Positions 38,237-50,978 are shown, counted from the first letter of the stretch. The stretch is DNA of 64,000 nt from a bacterium (GCA_963629085.1 CAVGHS010000001.1:12222-76221), one strand, 5' to 3'. The notes: generated from the letters alone by a model not told the origin. Numbers and translations are program-made.

Positions 38237-39769
38237 ATGGAGTATAATGACGTCATTCGTAACAAAAACAGGATTTTAGCGATCACACTCTTGATCTGTA
38301 TTGTGCTTCGCTGTATCGTAAATGCATTTTTTACCGGGATAGGCCAGGTCATTCCGATGGGGATCGGAGGTCTGATCTTTACAGCCCTCCTTTTGCTTCT
38401 GAACAAAAAAGTACATCCGGTGGTCATGATGTATGCTATGGTCGTGCTCATGTCGGCGATCAGTATCATTCTGATGATCGCTTTTCCTTGTACGACCAAC
38501 TACCTCATGTTCTTCTTATCGATCTTTTTTGTCGTGATCTATGAGGATATCCGTCCGATCGTCATGCAGTCGGCGATCAGTGCGGTTGCTATGGTATATT
38601 TCTACTTCCGTTATACGCAGAAGTTACAGGAGTCCTGGTCAACCGATGCTATGGCGATGTGCGTTGTCTATATTGTCAGCGGTATGCTGGTATATATTTC
38701 CCTTTGCCGTCTGACCAAGGAACAGTTCCACCAGTTGCGCAAGACCCACAAGGCAAGTGAAAAGGAACGCAAAAAAGCAGAACAACTCTTAGCAGAGATC
38801 GGTAAGTCTGTTGGGGTATTGGATACCACCAGTGGCAAGTTAAATGACAACATCACCATGACCGGTACCATTTCTGACCAGATCGCAGAAGCCACCGAGG
38901 ATATTGCACGCAGGACGGTAGCAGAGGTTGGCGACATTGAAGAGATCAAGGGCATGGTGCAAAACGGAGTTTCTCAGATCAAGGACATTGCAGACAGCAG
39001 TACCCGTATGGCAGGGGCTTCCAATGAGACCAACACCCAGGTACAGACCGGCGGTCAGTTGGTAGGAGATCTGTCTTCCCAGATGCAGGACCTCAACAAG
39101 CGTATGGGGACCGTAGCAGCGTCTATCCAGTCCTTATCTGAGGAGAATGCCAAGATCATTGAGATCTTAGCAACGCTGGATCAGATCACATCCCAGACCA
39201 ACCTCTTGTCTTTGAATGCTTCTATCGAGGCTGCCAGAGCCGGGGAACATGGCAAGGGATTTGCCGTAGTTGCAACCGAGATCCGTCAATTATCCGATGA
39301 TTCTGCCAAGTTCACGGAGCAGATCCACGGCATTTTGAATGGTGTAGAGGAACAGACGGCACAGGTACAAAAGGAGATCTTGGCAGGACAAAAGTCTGTG
39401 GAGACCTGTACGCAGAATGCCAATGATGTCAACTACTCTTTCCAGGAGATCGCAGAGAATACTTCTCAGGTATTGCATCGTGCCAACGTGATCGAGCAGC
39501 AGGCACAGGAACTGGAGACACTCATGAATACGACTTTGGAGAATGTCAACAACATCAACGACAATATCGAGTCGACATCCGCAGCCATGGAGGAGATTTC
39601 CGCAAGTATCAACAACCTCCACAACAACATCGGCAATGTCGCGGATGGCTACCATGACATCAATGAGATCACCGAGGCTTTGGTACAGGCATCGGAGCCG
39701 GAAGCCGAGGAGGAAGACGATGATCTGCCAAAGAAAAAATTAAAGAAAGTCAAGATCGATTTATCTTAA
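38237..39769 (+). CDS. Methyl-accepting chemotaxis protein with integral-membrane sensor
   Basis: QTNLLSLNASIEAARAGEHGKGFAVVATEIR; several N-terminal TMs. Confidence 0.93.
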   Translation: MEYNDVIRNKNRILAITLLICIVLRCIVNAFFTGIGQVIPMGIGGLIFTALLLLLNKKVHPVVMMYAMVVLMSAISIILMIAFPCTTNYLMFFLSIFFVVIYEDIRPIVMQSAISAVAMVYFYFRYTQKLQESWSTDAMAMCVVYIVSGMLVYISLCRLTKEQFHQLRKTHKASEKERKKAEQLLAEIGKSVGVLDTTSGKLNDNITMTGTISDQIAEATEDIARRTVAEVGDIEEIKGMVQNGVSQIKDIADSSTRMAGASNETNTQVQTGGQLVGDLSSQMQDLNKRMGTVAASIQSLSEENAKIIEILATLDQITSQTNLLSLNASIEAARAGEHGKGFAVVATEIRQLSDDSAKFTEQIHGILNGVEEQTAQVQKEILAGQKSVETCTQNANDVNYSFQEIAENTSQVLHRANVIEQQAQELETLMNTTLENVNNINDNIESTSAAMEEISASINNLHNNIGNVADGYHDINEITEALVQASEPEAEEEDDDLPKKKLKKVKIDLS

Positions 39770-39838
39770 AATCGTATAGACAGGATAGAAAAAGATACAT
39801 ACTAAGCGGTAGTAAAGAGATAGGAGATACCACTTAGT

Positions 39839-40729
39839 ATGTATTTTTTATTGGAAAAAAAGGAAGGCTTGGGCTATATCCACCCTTATACATGGGAGGA
39901 GGGAAAAGAAGGTCTGGTTGATCCGCAGACCATCCATTCCTGTCTGGTGGAAAAGAAAGACCATGCCTTGCTTGTGCAGATGCAGGTGCCCTTGCAGGAG
40001 GAGAAAAAAGCGCAGGGCAAAAAGCAGACGGTACCACTTTTGGGGCAGGGACATGCTTTTTCCAAGTTTGCCTTTGTTGTTCGGGAGGATGGGATCTGCT
40101 TTGCAGATTTTGACGGCTATCTGCAGGGGATCATGGATCGCCTGCGCACAGAAAATGGAAAAAAGACACCGGAAGCCATGCTTTACCGGCTTTTTCAGAT
40201 CTTAGTCGAAAATGATATTCACATTCTGGACGTCATCTACAAGCAGTTGGCTGCCTTGGAGGAGGAAATCCCCAAGGACAATGCCCGCTTCTTCCTGCAA
40301 AAAATGTATACCATGAAACACAGTATCTATCAGTTGTTCCGCTACTACCATCAACTGACGGAACTGGCGGATGATCTGATGGAGTGGGAGGGCGGCTTTT
40401 TAGACCAGAAGGAAATGGAGTGTTTTTCCCGTTTTATCACAAGGACAAAACGTCTGGCGGATGATATGGAGATCATGCGGGAGTATGCCATGGAGATCTG
40501 GGAAATCTACCAATCACAGATCTCCATCCGTCAGAATGATATTATGAAGATCCTGACCATCGTTACGACCATCTTTTTGCCTCTTTCTCTTTTGGCGGGC
40601 TGGTATGGCATGAATTTTGAATATATGCCGGAACTGCACTGGCGCTATGGCTATGTGGGCGTTTGGGTTGCGGCAGTCCTGATCGTGCTCTTTTCCCTCT
40701 TTCTCTTTCGCAGGAAGCGCTACTGGTAG
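39839..40729 (+). CDS. corA: CorA family Mg2+ transporter
   Basis: LTIVTTIFLPL..GWYGMNF..MPEL. Confidence 0.88.
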   Translation: MYFLLEKKEGLGYIHPYTWEEGKEGLVDPQTIHSCLVEKKDHALLVQMQVPLQEEKKAQGKKQTVPLLGQGHAFSKFAFVVREDGICFADFDGYLQGIMDRLRTENGKKTPEAMLYRLFQILVENDIHILDVIYKQLAALEEEIPKDNARFFLQKMYTMKHSIYQLFRYYHQLTELADDLMEWEGGFLDQKEMECFSRFITRTKRLADDMEIMREYAMEIWEIYQSQISIRQNDIMKILTIVTTIFLPLSLLAGWYGMNFEYMPELHWRYGYVGVWVAAVLIVLFSLFLFRRKRYW

Positions 40730-40813
40730 ATTGACTTTGCCACTTTAAAGTGCTATATTATATACCATGTATGTGCCTGTTTTAACGAGGAGCGCATGAT
40801 TAGGAGGAAAAAT

Positions 40814-41809
40814 ATGAAAAAGAAATTAGTTGTGATGACGCTGATGGCGTCACTTCTGGTGACAAGTCTTACGGCTTGTGGCGGAAGCAAGGATGGAAGT
40901 TCAAACGGGGGAAATTCCTCAGCAAAGTATCAGGTCGGTGTGTGCCAGTTGGTACAGCATGATGCCTTAGATGCCGCAACACAGGGCTTTGTGGATACTT
41001 TGAAAGAAAAATTAGGTGACGATGTGGATATTGATGTGCAGAATGCAGCAGGTGACTCTGCTACCTGTTCTACCATCTGCAATACCTTCGTGTCCGGTGG
41101 CAAGGATCTGATCCTGGGAAATGCAACGGATGCTCTGGTTGCAGCAACGCAGGCGACAGATTCGATCCCGATCTTAGGTACATCCATCACAGATTATGCG
41201 ACAGCCTTACAGATCGATGACTGGAAGGGAACGACCGGTATGAATGTGTCCGGTACATCAGATCTGGCACCGCTGGATGAACAGGCGGCCATGATCCATG
41301 AGTTATTCCCGGATGCCAAAAAGGTTGGTATTCTTTACTGCTCAGCAGAAGCAAACTCTGTATATCAGGCAACCAGGATCACGGAATACTTAAAAGACTA
41401 TGATGTTTCTGTTAAGGAATATACCTTTGCAGATACCAACGATGTTGCGGGCGTTGTCAAGACAGCCTGTGATAACAGCGATGTTTTGTATATCCCTACC
41501 GATAATACCGCGGCTTCCTGCACCGAGACCATCAACAGTGTAGCTCTGGCAGCAGAGGTTCCGATCGTTGCAGGCGAGGAAGGCATCTGCAAGGGCTGTG
41601 GTGTCGCAACACTTTCTATCAGTTACTACGACATTGGCAAGCGTGCCGGTGAGATGGCATATGACATCCTTGTAAACGGTAAGGATCCATCTACGATGGA
41701 GATCGAGTATGCATCTGATCTGACCAAGGAATACAATGCAGACATCTGCAAAAAACTGGGAATCACGATTCCGGATGATTATGAGGCGATTGCTTCATCT
41801 GAAAAATAA
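40814..41809 (+). CDS. ABC transporter substrate-binding lipoprotein (putative aromatic amino acid type)
   Basis: Lipobox LTAC, QLVQHDALD, SAEANS, PTDNT. Confidence 0.85.
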   Translation: MKKKLVVMTLMASLLVTSLTACGGSKDGSSNGGNSSAKYQVGVCQLVQHDALDAATQGFVDTLKEKLGDDVDIDVQNAAGDSATCSTICNTFVSGGKDLILGNATDALVAATQATDSIPILGTSITDYATALQIDDWKGTTGMNVSGTSDLAPLDEQAAMIHELFPDAKKVGILYCSAEANSVYQATRITEYLKDYDVSVKEYTFADTNDVAGVVKTACDNSDVLYIPTDNTAASCTETINSVALAAEVPIVAGEEGICKGCGVATLSISYYDIGKRAGEMAYDILVNGKDPSTMEIEYASDLTKEYNADICKKLGITIPDDYEAIASSEK

Positions 41810-41833
41810 TCTTTAACATATTTGGAGGACAAG

Positions 41834-42757
41834 ATGAGTATTTCAGCATTATTTTCCGCTATGCCGGGAAATGTGGCACAGGGAATCATCTGGGGCATTA
41901 TGGCTCTGGGTGTGTTCATGACTTACAAATTGCTAAATTTTGCGGATCTGACCGTCGATGGCTCTTTTGCCACCGGCGGTGCGGTGACCGTGATCCTGAT
42001 CACGAGCGGCTGGTCGGTGCCGTCCGCACTTTTGATGGCTTGTCTTGCCGGTATTCTTGCCGGTATGGTGACAGGTATCTTACATACGATCTTTGGTATC
42101 CCGGATATTTTGGCGGGCATCCTTTCCCAGATCGCCTTGTATTCCATCAACTTAAATATCATGGGCGGCAAGGCAAATGTTGCGGTCAGCGTAGACCGCT
42201 ATGATCTCTTGATCTCACTTCGCTTTGTGCCAAAGACCATTGCCATCGCGGCGGTCTTTGCCATTGTGTTGATCGCATTGATGTATTGGTATTTTGGAAC
42301 GGCACAGGGTTCTGCCATCCGTGCGACCGGAAATAACCCGGCAATGAGCCGTGCCCAGGGGATCAATATCGGGCTGATGAAGGTCATCACCTTAGCGCTT
42401 TCCAATGGCGTTGTGGCTTTGTCCGGTGGACTCATGGCGCAATATCAGGGTTTCGCGGATATCAATATGGGACGTGGTGCCATTGTTATCGGGCTGGCAG
42501 CCGTTATCATCGGTGAAGTCTTAGGACATGCGATCTTTGGCAAACGGATGAATTTTATCATCCGTATGACTTTTGTGGTCTTAGGTGGAGTGATCTACTA
42601 TATCGTCATTGGTATTGTATTGTGGCTGCGTATGCCGACCAATGACCTGAAACTCTTTACGGCGATTATTGTTGCAGTCTTTCTGGCAGTGCCTTACTTA
42701 CGCGGACAGACAAAGTCCTCTTTCCGCAAGGCAGCAAAGAGAGGAGGAAATCCATAA
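41834..42757 (+). CDS. ABC transporter permease
   Basis: DLTVDGSF..GGA, RATGNN, GFADINMGRG. Confidence 0.88.
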   Translation: MSISALFSAMPGNVAQGIIWGIMALGVFMTYKLLNFADLTVDGSFATGGAVTVILITSGWSVPSALLMACLAGILAGMVTGILHTIFGIPDILAGILSQIALYSINLNIMGGKANVAVSVDRYDLLISLRFVPKTIAIAAVFAIVLIALMYWYFGTAQGSAIRATGNNPAMSRAQGINIGLMKVITLALSNGVVALSGGLMAQYQGFADINMGRGAIVIGLAAVIIGEVLGHAIFGKRMNFIIRMTFVVLGGVIYYIVIGIVLWLRMPTNDLKLFTAIIVAVFLAVPYLRGQTKSSFRKAAKRGGNP

Positions 42758-43551
42758 TGCTTGAAGTAAATCAGATCTATAAGACATTTAATCCGGGAAC
42801 CGTCAATGAAAAACGGGCACTGGATGGGGCTTCTCTTATCCTGCAGGAAGGTGAATTTGTCACCGTGATCGGTGGCAATGGTGCCGGAAAGTCAACCTTT
42901 ATGAATGCGGTTGCAGGTGTCTGGCCGGTGGATGCCGGAAATATCGTTATCGACGGACAGGATGTGACCGGTCTTTGCGAATACAAACGTGCCAAATACT
43001 TAGGCAGGGTCTTTCAGGATCCTATGACCGGAACGGCGGCGGATATGGAGATCCAGGAAAATCTGGCACTGGCGGCAAGACGCGGTGGAAAAAGAGGTCT
43101 GGGATGGGGAATCTCGAAAAAAGAAAGAGAGTATTACCATGAACAGTTAAAGACACTGGATCTGGGATTGGAAGACCGCATGACCTCCAAAGTAGGACTT
43201 TTGTCTGGTGGACAGAGACAGGCGCTGACCCTTTTGATGGCGACTCTACAAAAGCCAAAGGTATTGCTTTTGGATGAGCATACGGCGGCACTGGATCCAA
43301 AGACGGCAGCCAAGGTACTGGAGACGACCGAACGCATTGTAACAGAGAATCATTTGACAACCATGATGGTTACCCATAATATGAAAGATGCCATTGCACA
43401 TGGCAACCGTCTGATCATGATGAACGAGGGCAAGGTCATCTTAAATATCGCAGGAGAAGAAAAAAAGAAACTGACGATCGAAGATCTTTTGCATAAGTTC
43501 GAGGAAGTATCCGGATCGGAGTTTACCAATGACAAGGCAATCCTGTCATAA
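42757..43551 (+). CDS. ABC transporter ATP-binding protein
   Basis: GGNGAGKS, LSGGQRQ, LLDEHTAALDP. Confidence 0.92.
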   Translation: MLEVNQIYKTFNPGTVNEKRALDGASLILQEGEFVTVIGGNGAGKSTFMNAVAGVWPVDAGNIVIDGQDVTGLCEYKRAKYLGRVFQDPMTGTAADMEIQENLALAARRGGKRGLGWGISKKEREYYHEQLKTLDLGLEDRMTSKVGLLSGGQRQALTLLMATLQKPKVLLLDEHTAALDPKTAAKVLETTERIVTENHLTTMMVTHNMKDAIAHGNRLIMMNEGKVILNIAGEEKKKLTIEDLLHKFEEVSGSEFTNDKAILS

Positions 43552-43576
43552 TTTCATCAAAGAAAGGAAAAAAGAT

Positions 43577-44350
43577 ATGAAGTTAAAAAGAGCGGTAGCA
43601 GCGGCTATGGTACTTACCCTGGCAGTAGGTATGCTGGCAGGCTGCGGAAGCAAGAGCAGTGACAAGCAGACTACAAGTGATAAAAAGGAAACACTGGTCA
43701 TGGCGACCAATGCTACATTTCCACCATATGAATATGTAGATGGTAATGATTATGCCGGTATTGATGTGGAGGTTGCACAGGCGATCGCCAAGGAACTGGG
43801 GATGGAATTGCAGATCCAGGATGTTGAGTTTGGCTCTATCATTTCCGGTGTGCAGAGCGGCAAGTTTGACATTGGTATGGCGGGTATCACCGTAACCGAT
43901 GAGAGAAAGAAGAGCGTCAACTTTACCAATACTTATGCATCTGCCAAGCAGGTCATCATTGTAAAAGAGGGCAGTGATATTAAGACTGTGGATGATCTGA
44001 GTGCAGAGACCAAGATCGGTGTGCAGCAGGATACGACCGGTGACATCTATACGACCGACGATTATGGCGAGGATGCGGTTACCCGATACAACAAGGGCGC
44101 GGATGCCGTACAGGCACTTTTGACCGGCAAGGTTGACTGTGTGGTCATCGACAGTGAGCCGGCAAAAGAATTTGTGGCAGCCAACCAGGGCTTACAGATC
44201 TTAGATACGGAATATGTCGAAGAAGAATATGCGATCTGTGTTGCAAAGGACAATGATGAACTTTTGAACCGGATCAACGAGGCACTTGACAAGTTGAAGA
44301 GTAATGGTACAATTGATGAGATTGTAAATAAATATATTTCAGCAGAATAA
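43577..44350 (+). CDS. Polar amino acid ABC transporter substrate-binding lipoprotein
   Basis: Lipobox LAGC, ATNATFPPYEY, GIDVE, TDERKK. Confidence 0.9.
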   Translation: MKLKRAVAAAMVLTLAVGMLAGCGSKSSDKQTTSDKKETLVMATNATFPPYEYVDGNDYAGIDVEVAQAIAKELGMELQIQDVEFGSIISGVQSGKFDIGMAGITVTDERKKSVNFTNTYASAKQVIIVKEGSDIKTVDDLSAETKIGVQQDTTGDIYTTDDYGEDAVTRYNKGADAVQALLTGKVDCVVIDSEPAKEFVAANQGLQILDTEYVEEEYAICVAKDNDELLNRINEALDKLKSNGTIDEIVNKYISAE

Positions 44351-44364
44351 AAGCCAGATGAAAG

Positions 44365-44397
44365 AAAGGGTCAGACCCAAGCGTCTGATCCTTTTTT
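44365..44397 (+). terminator. Intra-operon stem-loop/terminator after the binding-protein gene
   Basis: AAAGGGTCAGAC-ccaagc-GTCTGATCCTTTTTT. Confidence 0.7.
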
Positions 44398-44429
44398 CCA
44401 TATGACGGCGGTAGGAAGGAACATAACAT

Positions 44430-45164
44430 ATGAGTGAAGGATGGAAGAATTTTGTGACGGATTTCCAGTTTGTCTTTATCCAGGACCAGCGTTGGAAATC
44501 ACTGTTTCAAGGATTGGGGAATACACTGATCATCACCTTTTTTGCAGTCATGATCGGTATTGCCTTAGGAGCGATCGTAGCCACCGTGCGTACCACCTAT
44601 GATAAGAATAACGGTGACATGAAAAAGAGAAATCCATTGGGATTTTATATCCTTGGTATTGCAAATGTCATCTGTAAATTGTACCTGACGGTGATCCGTG
44701 GAACGCCGGTAGTTGTGCAGTTGATGATCGCATACTTTATCATATTTGCCACCTCCAACAACTCTACGGCTGTTGCCATCTTTGCTTTTGGTATCAATTC
44801 CGGTGCCTATGTGGCAGAGATCATCCGTGGCGGTATCATGTCGATCGACGAGGGGCAGTTTGAGGCAGGTCGTTCTCTTGGTTTTAACTATGGACAGACC
44901 ATGATCTATATCATCATCCCGCAGGTATTTAAGGTGGTGCTTCCTACCTTATGTAATGAGTTTATCGTTCTTTTGAAGGAGACTTCCGTTGCAGGTTATG
45001 TGGGTATCATGGATCTGACCAAGGCGGGCGACATCATCCGCGGCAGAACTTTCTCTGCATTTTTGCCATTGCTTGGCGTTGCGGCGATCTATCTTGTTAT
45101 GGTCGTTATTTTGACTGCCTTAGTGGGATGTCTGGAAAGGAGTTTGCGTAAGAATGAGCGATAA
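44430..45164 (+). CDS. Polar amino acid ABC transporter permease
   Basis: [32 protein letters not shown]. Confidence 0.92.
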   Translation: MSEGWKNFVTDFQFVFIQDQRWKSLFQGLGNTLIITFFAVMIGIALGAIVATVRTTYDKNNGDMKKRNPLGFYILGIANVICKLYLTVIRGTPVVVQLMIAYFIIFATSNNSTAVAIFAFGINSGAYVAEIIRGGIMSIDEGQFEAGRSLGFNYGQTMIYIIIPQVFKVVLPTLCNEFIVLLKETSVAGYVGIMDLTKAGDIIRGRTFSAFLPLLGVAAIYLVMVVILTALVGCLERSLRKNER

Positions 45165-45900
45165 GAATGTATTGATCCAGGTCACAGACTTGAAAAAACA
45201 TTATAACAAAGGGGAGATCAAGGCACTCGACGGCGTGTCTTTGGAGATCGATCAGGGCGAGGTTGTCGTTATCATAGGACCCAGTGGCAGCGGCAAGTCT
45301 ACCCTGCTTCGGTCTTTAAACCTTTTGGAAGAGCCGACCAGCGGACAGATTCTTGTGGATGGCGTGGATATTACCGACCCAAAGGTAGACATCAATGTGC
45401 ATAGGCAAAAGATGGGCATGGTATTCCAACATTTCAATCTTTTCCCCAATATGACAGTGCTCCGCAATATGACCATTGCACCCATGAAACTTTTGCATAA
45501 GCCAAAGGATGAGATCGAGGCAAAGGCAATGGAACTGCTTGACATGGTAGGACTTGCAGACCGTGCCAATGCCTACCCGAGCCAGTTGTCTGGCGGACAG
45601 AAGCAGCGTATCGCTATCGTGCGTGCCCTTTGCATGGAACCGGAGATCCTGCTTTTTGACGAGCCGACATCTGCCTTGGATCCGGAAATGGTCGGAGAAG
45701 TCCTGGATGTTATGAAAAATCTGGCAAAGGAGGGCATGACCATGGCGGTCGTTACCCATGAGATGGGATTTGCCAGAGAAGTGGCAAGCCGTGTCGTCTT
45801 TATGGATGTGGGAGCCATTGTAGAGCAGAATACGCCGGAGGAGATCTTTGAACATCCGCAGAGTGAGCGTTTACAGAACTTCCTGGCAAAAGTCTTGTAA
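45154..45900 (+). CDS. Polar amino acid ABC transporter ATP-binding protein (GlnQ-like)
   Basis: [38 protein letters not shown]. Confidence 0.93.
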   Translation: MSDKNVLIQVTDLKKHYNKGEIKALDGVSLEIDQGEVVVIIGPSGSGKSTLLRSLNLLEEPTSGQILVDGVDITDPKVDINVHRQKMGMVFQHFNLFPNMTVLRNMTIAPMKLLHKPKDEIEAKAMELLDMVGLADRANAYPSQLSGGQKQRIAIVRALCMEPEILLFDEPTSALDPEMVGEVLDVMKNLAKEGMTMAVVTHEMGFAREVASRVVFMDVGAIVEQNTPEEIFEHPQSERLQNFLAKVL

Positions 45901-46019
45901 AAATAAAAAAAGTATAAACCAATTCGAAAATTATCATAAAAGGCACCCGGGTAGTATTGCTTTTGCCATTTAGGTCAAATATAATGAATGAGGTAAAACC
46001 TACGCGAGTGGAGGATAAA

Positions 46020-48023
46020 ATGAACGAAAACAACAATGGTTCACAGCAGGGTGGACCGAATAACCATAATAACAACAAAAAACGACAGCCGATCATGCTC
46101 TTTGTGCTCTTTGCACTGATCGCTATGTTTATCACCAGTCTTTTATATAGCAGTGCAGGCTCCAGTACAACAGAGGCGATCACTTATTCCAAGTTCTTAG
46201 ATCTGGTTGAGAAGGACCAGGTCAAGTCGGTTGTCTTTGATGGTGACCAGATCAATATCAAATTGGTAGACGGCGCCAAGGTAAAATCAGACTCCCAGAC
46301 GGCGTCCATTCAGGCACAGTTATACAAGGAGAGCACCGGACAGGATCTGACCATCACTTATTACACCGCTTATATTTCCGATGCAGACCTGCTTCCTTTA
46401 TTAAAGGAACATGATGTGGAGATCGACGGAGAGATCTCGGATTCTACCGCTGTCATCATTTACAATGTCCTGAGTTTTGTCATTCCGATCGTCCTTTTAT
46501 GGATCCTCATGTCCTTCCTTATGAAGCGCATGGGCGGCGGAGCCATGGGCGTCGGCAAGTCTAACGCCAAGGTCTATGTGGAAAAGTCCACCGGTGTGAC
46601 CTTCAAGGATGTTGCGGGACAGGATGAGGCAAAGGAATCCTTACAGGAAGTAGTGGATTTCTTGCACAATCCACAGAAATATACCTCGATCGGTGCCAAG
46701 TTGCCAAAAGGTGCTCTTTTAGTAGGACCTCCGGGAACCGGTAAGACTTTGCTTGCCAAGGCGGTAGCCGGAGAAGCAGGTGTACCTTTCTTCTCATTGG
46801 CAGGATCTGATTTCGTAGAAATGTTCGTCGGTGTCGGTGCTTCCCGTGTCCGTGACCTCTTTAAGGAGGCACAGAAGGCTGCACCATGTATCATCTTCAT
46901 CGATGAGATCGATGCTATCGGTAAGAGCCGTGACTCTCGTTATGGCGGTGGCAATGACGAGCGTGAGCAGACTTTGAACCAGTTATTAGCAGAAATGGAT
47001 GGTTTTGATACGTCCAAGGGTCTTTTGATCTTAGCGGCTACCAACCGTCCGGAAGTCTTGGATAAGGCACTTCTTCGCCCGGGACGTTTTGACCGACGGA
47101 TCATCGTAGACCGCCCGGATCAAAAAGGACGTCTGGAGACTTTAAAGGTACATGCCAAGGATGTGGCTATGGATGAGACAGTAGATCTGGATGCATTGGC
47201 ACTGGCTTCTGCCGGACTGGTGGGATCCGATCTTGCCAATATCATCAACGAAGCTGCCATCATCGCTGTAAAGCATGACCGCAAGTTTGTCAACCAGAGC
47301 GACTTGTTTGAAGCATTTGAATTAGTGGCTGTCGGCGGTAAAGAGAAAAAAGACCGCGTTATGAGCGACAAGGAGCGCAAGATCGTTTCTTATCATGAAG
47401 TCGGACATGCGCTTGTCTCTGCTTTGCAGAAGAACACCGAGCCGGTACAAAAGATCACGATCGTACCGCGTACCATGGGTGCATTGGGCTATACCTTACA
47501 GACCCCGGAAGAAGAAAAGTTCCTTGAGACCAAGGATGAACTGCTTGCCAAGATCACGACCTTTATGGGCGGACGCGCGGCAGAGCAGATCGTCTTTGAA
47601 TCTCCGACCAGTGGTGCTTCCAATGATATCGAGAATGCGACCAGTATTGCCAGAAATATGGTGACACGTTTTGGTATGTCTGATAAGTTTGGCATGATGG
47701 GACTGGCGACCGTAGAGAACCAGTATCTGGAAGGCAGAGCCTCCATGACCTGTGGTGAGCAGACGGCGGCTCAGGTGGATCAGGAAGTCCTTCGCATCGT
47801 GACCGAGTGTTACGACAAGGCGACCGGTCTTTTGGAAGAGAACCGCGAGATCTTAGACAAGATCTCAGACTACCTCTACGAGCATGAGACCATCACCGGT
47901 AAGGAATTTATGAAGATCTTCCGTGAGTTGAAGGGACTGGATGACCCGGAGGACAAGAAAGAGGATACTTCTGCTGAGGCAGTAGAGGAGATCGACGACA
48001 AAGATTTATTTGTGGAAGAGTAA
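46020..48023 (+). CDS. ftsH: ATP-dependent zinc metalloprotease FtsH
   Basis: Two TMs, [27 protein letters not shown]. Confidence 0.96.
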   Translation: MNENNNGSQQGGPNNHNNNKKRQPIMLFVLFALIAMFITSLLYSSAGSSTTEAITYSKFLDLVEKDQVKSVVFDGDQINIKLVDGAKVKSDSQTASIQAQLYKESTGQDLTITYYTAYISDADLLPLLKEHDVEIDGEISDSTAVIIYNVLSFVIPIVLLWILMSFLMKRMGGGAMGVGKSNAKVYVEKSTGVTFKDVAGQDEAKESLQEVVDFLHNPQKYTSIGAKLPKGALLVGPPGTGKTLLAKAVAGEAGVPFFSLAGSDFVEMFVGVGASRVRDLFKEAQKAAPCIIFIDEIDAIGKSRDSRYGGGNDEREQTLNQLLAEMDGFDTSKGLLILAATNRPEVLDKALLRPGRFDRRIIVDRPDQKGRLETLKVHAKDVAMDETVDLDALALASAGLVGSDLANIINEAAIIAVKHDRKFVNQSDLFEAFELVAVGGKEKKDRVMSDKERKIVSYHEVGHALVSALQKNTEPVQKITIVPRTMGALGYTLQTPEEEKFLETKDELLAKITTFMGGRAAEQIVFESPTSGASNDIENATSIARNMVTRFGMSDKFGMMGLATVENQYLEGRASMTCGEQTAAQVDQEVLRIVTECYDKATGLLEENREILDKISDYLYEHETITGKEFMKIFRELKGLDDPEDKKEDTSAEAVEEIDDKDLFVEE

Positions 48024-48028
48024 AAAAT

Positions 48029-49921
48029 ATGGATTTTTCGATTGAAGAAGAATTAGCAAAACTCCCGGATTCTCCGGGAGTTTATATTATGCATGATGCC
48101 AAAGAAACCATCATCTACATTGGTAAGGCAAAATCCCTGCGCCATCGTGTGCATCAGTATTTTCAGCCCAGCCATGATGAGGGCATCAAGAAACAGCGCA
48201 TGGTGCAGCAGATCGCCTATTTTGAATACATTGTGACGGATTCGGAATTGGAGGCACTGGTCTTAGAGTGCAATCTGATCAAAGAGCATCGCCCAAAGTA
48301 TAATACCATGCTTCGTGACGATAAGACTTATCCGTATATCAAAGTGACGCTGGGGGAAGCCTACCCCAGAGTCCTTTTTTCGCGTCAGTTGAAAAAAGAT
48401 AAGTCCAAATACTTTGGACCTTTTACCAGTGCAGCGGCAGTCAAGGATACCATTGACCTGGTGCAGAAGATCTATCATCTGCGCACCTGCAATCAGAAGT
48501 TTCCGGATAATTTCGACAAGCGCAGGCCTTGTCTGAATTATCATATGAAGCAGTGCCCCGGGGTTTGCACCGGCAGGGTTTCGGAGGAAGAGTATCAAAA
48601 AAGCGTGCAGGGAGCCATTGACTTTTTGAATGGTTCCTATGGCGAGGTGGAAAAGATGCTGACCGAAAAGATGCAAAAGGCAGCAGCGGATATGGAGTTT
48701 GAAAAAGCGGCAGAATACAGAGATCTGTTGGGCAGTGTCCGTGCCTGTGTGCAGAAGCAGAAGATCACCAATGCAAGCGAGATGGATGATAAGGATATTG
48801 TCGCTATGGCAAAGCAGGGCGAGGATGCGGTCGTGCAGGTATTCTTTGTGCGGTCAGGCAAATTGATCGGACGCGAGCATTTCTTTATGAATGTGCGTAT
48901 GGATGAGGAAGATGGGGAAGTTGTAACACGTTTCATCCAACAGTTTTATGCCGGTACGCCGGTGATACCGCGCGAGATCTTTTTGCAGGAAGAGATCGCG
49001 GACAAAGAAGTGATCGAGCAGTGGCTGACGGAGAAAAAGGGACAGCGGGTCTATCTGCGTGTGCCGCAAAAAGGCATGAAAAACAAGATGGTGGAATTGG
49101 CAGAAAAGAATGCTGCCATGGTTCTGGCACAAGACAGGGAACGGATCAAAAAAGAAGAAGGGCGAACCATCGGCGCCTTAAAGGAGATCGCAGGGCTGCT
49201 GGGCATGGAGGGATTGAACCGTATGGAGGCTTACGATATTTCCAATATCAACGGATTTCAGACCGTCGGCTCCATGGTCGTTTTTGAAAAGGGCAAACCC
49301 CTGCGCAGTGACTATCGCAAGTTCAAACTTAAGACTATCACGGGACCGGATGATTACGCTTCCATGCGGGAAGTTTTGACCAGACGTTTTTCCCATGGCT
49401 TGCAGGAGAGGGAAGAACTGCGTGCCAAGGGGGCGGATGAATCGCTGGGGAGTTTTACCCGTTTCCCGGATGTCATCATGATGGATGGCGGACGCGGACA
49501 GGTCAATATCTGCGAGGAGGTCTTAGCCGACCTGCATCTGTCCATACCGGTCTGTGGTATGGTAAAGGATGACCATCATAGAACCAGAGGTCTGTACTTC
49601 CATAACGAACTCATCCCCATTGACCGGACATCGGAGGGCTTTCATCTGATCACGCGTCTGCAGGATGAGGCGCACCGTTTTGCCATTGAGTATCACCGGT
49701 CTTTGCGCAGCAAGTCACAGGTGCACAGTTTCTTGGATGATGTGGAGGGCATCGGACCGGCAAGGCGCAAGGCTCTGATGAAACGCTATGCCAGTGCGGA
49801 CCAGATGCGAGATGCCAGCATAGAAGAACTGGCAGAGACCCCGTCCATGGATATGCGCGCGGCGGAAAAACTCTATCAGTATTTTCACGGAAGTGAGCCG
49901 GGGACTACTGTACAAAAATGA
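48029..49921 (+). CDS. uvrC: Excinuclease ABC subunit C
   Basis: GIY-YIG (PGVYIM..YIGKAK), UVR motif, [21 protein letters not shown], HhH. Confidence 0.97.
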   Translation: MDFSIEEELAKLPDSPGVYIMHDAKETIIYIGKAKSLRHRVHQYFQPSHDEGIKKQRMVQQIAYFEYIVTDSELEALVLECNLIKEHRPKYNTMLRDDKTYPYIKVTLGEAYPRVLFSRQLKKDKSKYFGPFTSAAAVKDTIDLVQKIYHLRTCNQKFPDNFDKRRPCLNYHMKQCPGVCTGRVSEEEYQKSVQGAIDFLNGSYGEVEKMLTEKMQKAAADMEFEKAAEYRDLLGSVRACVQKQKITNASEMDDKDIVAMAKQGEDAVVQVFFVRSGKLIGREHFFMNVRMDEEDGEVVTRFIQQFYAGTPVIPREIFLQEEIADKEVIEQWLTEKKGQRVYLRVPQKGMKNKMVELAEKNAAMVLAQDRERIKKEEGRTIGALKEIAGLLGMEGLNRMEAYDISNINGFQTVGSMVVFEKGKPLRSDYRKFKLKTITGPDDYASMREVLTRRFSHGLQEREELRAKGADESLGSFTRFPDVIMMDGGRGQVNICEEVLADLHLSIPVCGMVKDDHHRTRGLYFHNELIPIDRTSEGFHLITRLQDEAHRFAIEYHRSLRSKSQVHSFLDDVEGIGPARRKALMKRYASADQMRDASIEELAETPSMDMRAAEKLYQYFHGSEPGTTVQK

Positions 49922-49982
49922 AAAAGTTGGTTACAATAGCAGAAGTGATGATATTGTGATTTGACGATAAAGGAGCAGGACT

Positions 49983-50918
49983 ATGGAACCAATACAGGCA
50001 AAACTTTCCATCATTGCAGAAAAACTGCAATTAAAGAATTTTACAGAAGACCTCAATCTGGAGGAGCATTTTGTATGCGTTGCGGATGTCAACCGTCCGG
50101 CATTACAGTTGAATGGATTCTATGAGCACTTCGAGGCAGACCGGATCCAGATGATCGGTATGGTCGAGCACGCATATATGAACAATAAAACAGCAGAGGA
50201 ACGGGCGGAGATCTACCGCAAACTGCTTTCCTACGATATACCATGTGTGATCTTTTGCCGTGGTTTCGTACCGGAGCAGTCGCTGATGGATATTGCCCAT
50301 GAGCGCAAGATCCCGATCCTTGGAACCGAGCGTGGAACATCCGAGTTTATGTCGGAGTTGATCTTTGAACTCAATGTACTTCTGGCACCATGTACGACCA
50401 TCCATGGCGTACTGGTCGATGTCTATGGCGAGGGACTTCTGATCACAGGAGAAAGCGGTATCGGAAAGAGCGAGGCTGCTTTAGAGTTGATCCGCAGAGG
50501 ACACCGTCTGGTGGCAGATGATGTGGTTGAGATCCGAAAGACCAATGCCCATACCCTGATGGGACGTGCCCCAAAGATCACCAAGCATCTGATCGAACTG
50601 CGTGGTATCGGTATTATTGATGTCAAGAGCCTCTTTGGTGTTGAGAGCATCAAGGAGAGCCAGAAGATCGATTTTGTCATCAAATTGGAGGATTGGAAGA
50701 AAGAAAACGATTATGACCGTCTGGGTCTGGAGGATGAGCATATGAATATCTTAGGTATTGATGTGGTATGTCATTCCCTGCCGATCCGCCCGGGACGTAA
50801 TCTCGCCGTGATCTGTGAGACGGCAGCCGTCAACCATCGTCAAAAGAAGATGGGCTATAATGCCGCACAGGAACTCTATCGCCGTGTCCAGGACAATATC
50901 AGTCAGGGACAGGACTAG
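49983..50918 (+). CDS. hprK: HPr kinase/phosphorylase
   Basis: HGVLVDVYG.G, GESGIGKSE, VADD, ELRGIGII, PGRNLA. Confidence 0.97.
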   Translation: MEPIQAKLSIIAEKLQLKNFTEDLNLEEHFVCVADVNRPALQLNGFYEHFEADRIQMIGMVEHAYMNNKTAEERAEIYRKLLSYDIPCVIFCRGFVPEQSLMDIAHERKIPILGTERGTSEFMSELIFELNVLLAPCTTIHGVLVDVYGEGLLITGESGIGKSEAALELIRRGHRLVADDVVEIRKTNAHTLMGRAPKITKHLIELRGIGIIDVKSLFGVESIKESQKIDFVIKLEDWKKENDYDRLGLEDEHMNILGIDVVCHSLPIRPGRNLAVICETAAVNHRQKKMGYNAAQELYRRVQDNISQGQD

Positions 50919-50978
50919 TTTTGACAGGCATGAAGGCTTAGATTTTGCATATATTATAAAAGGTAAGGAGTGTTTATT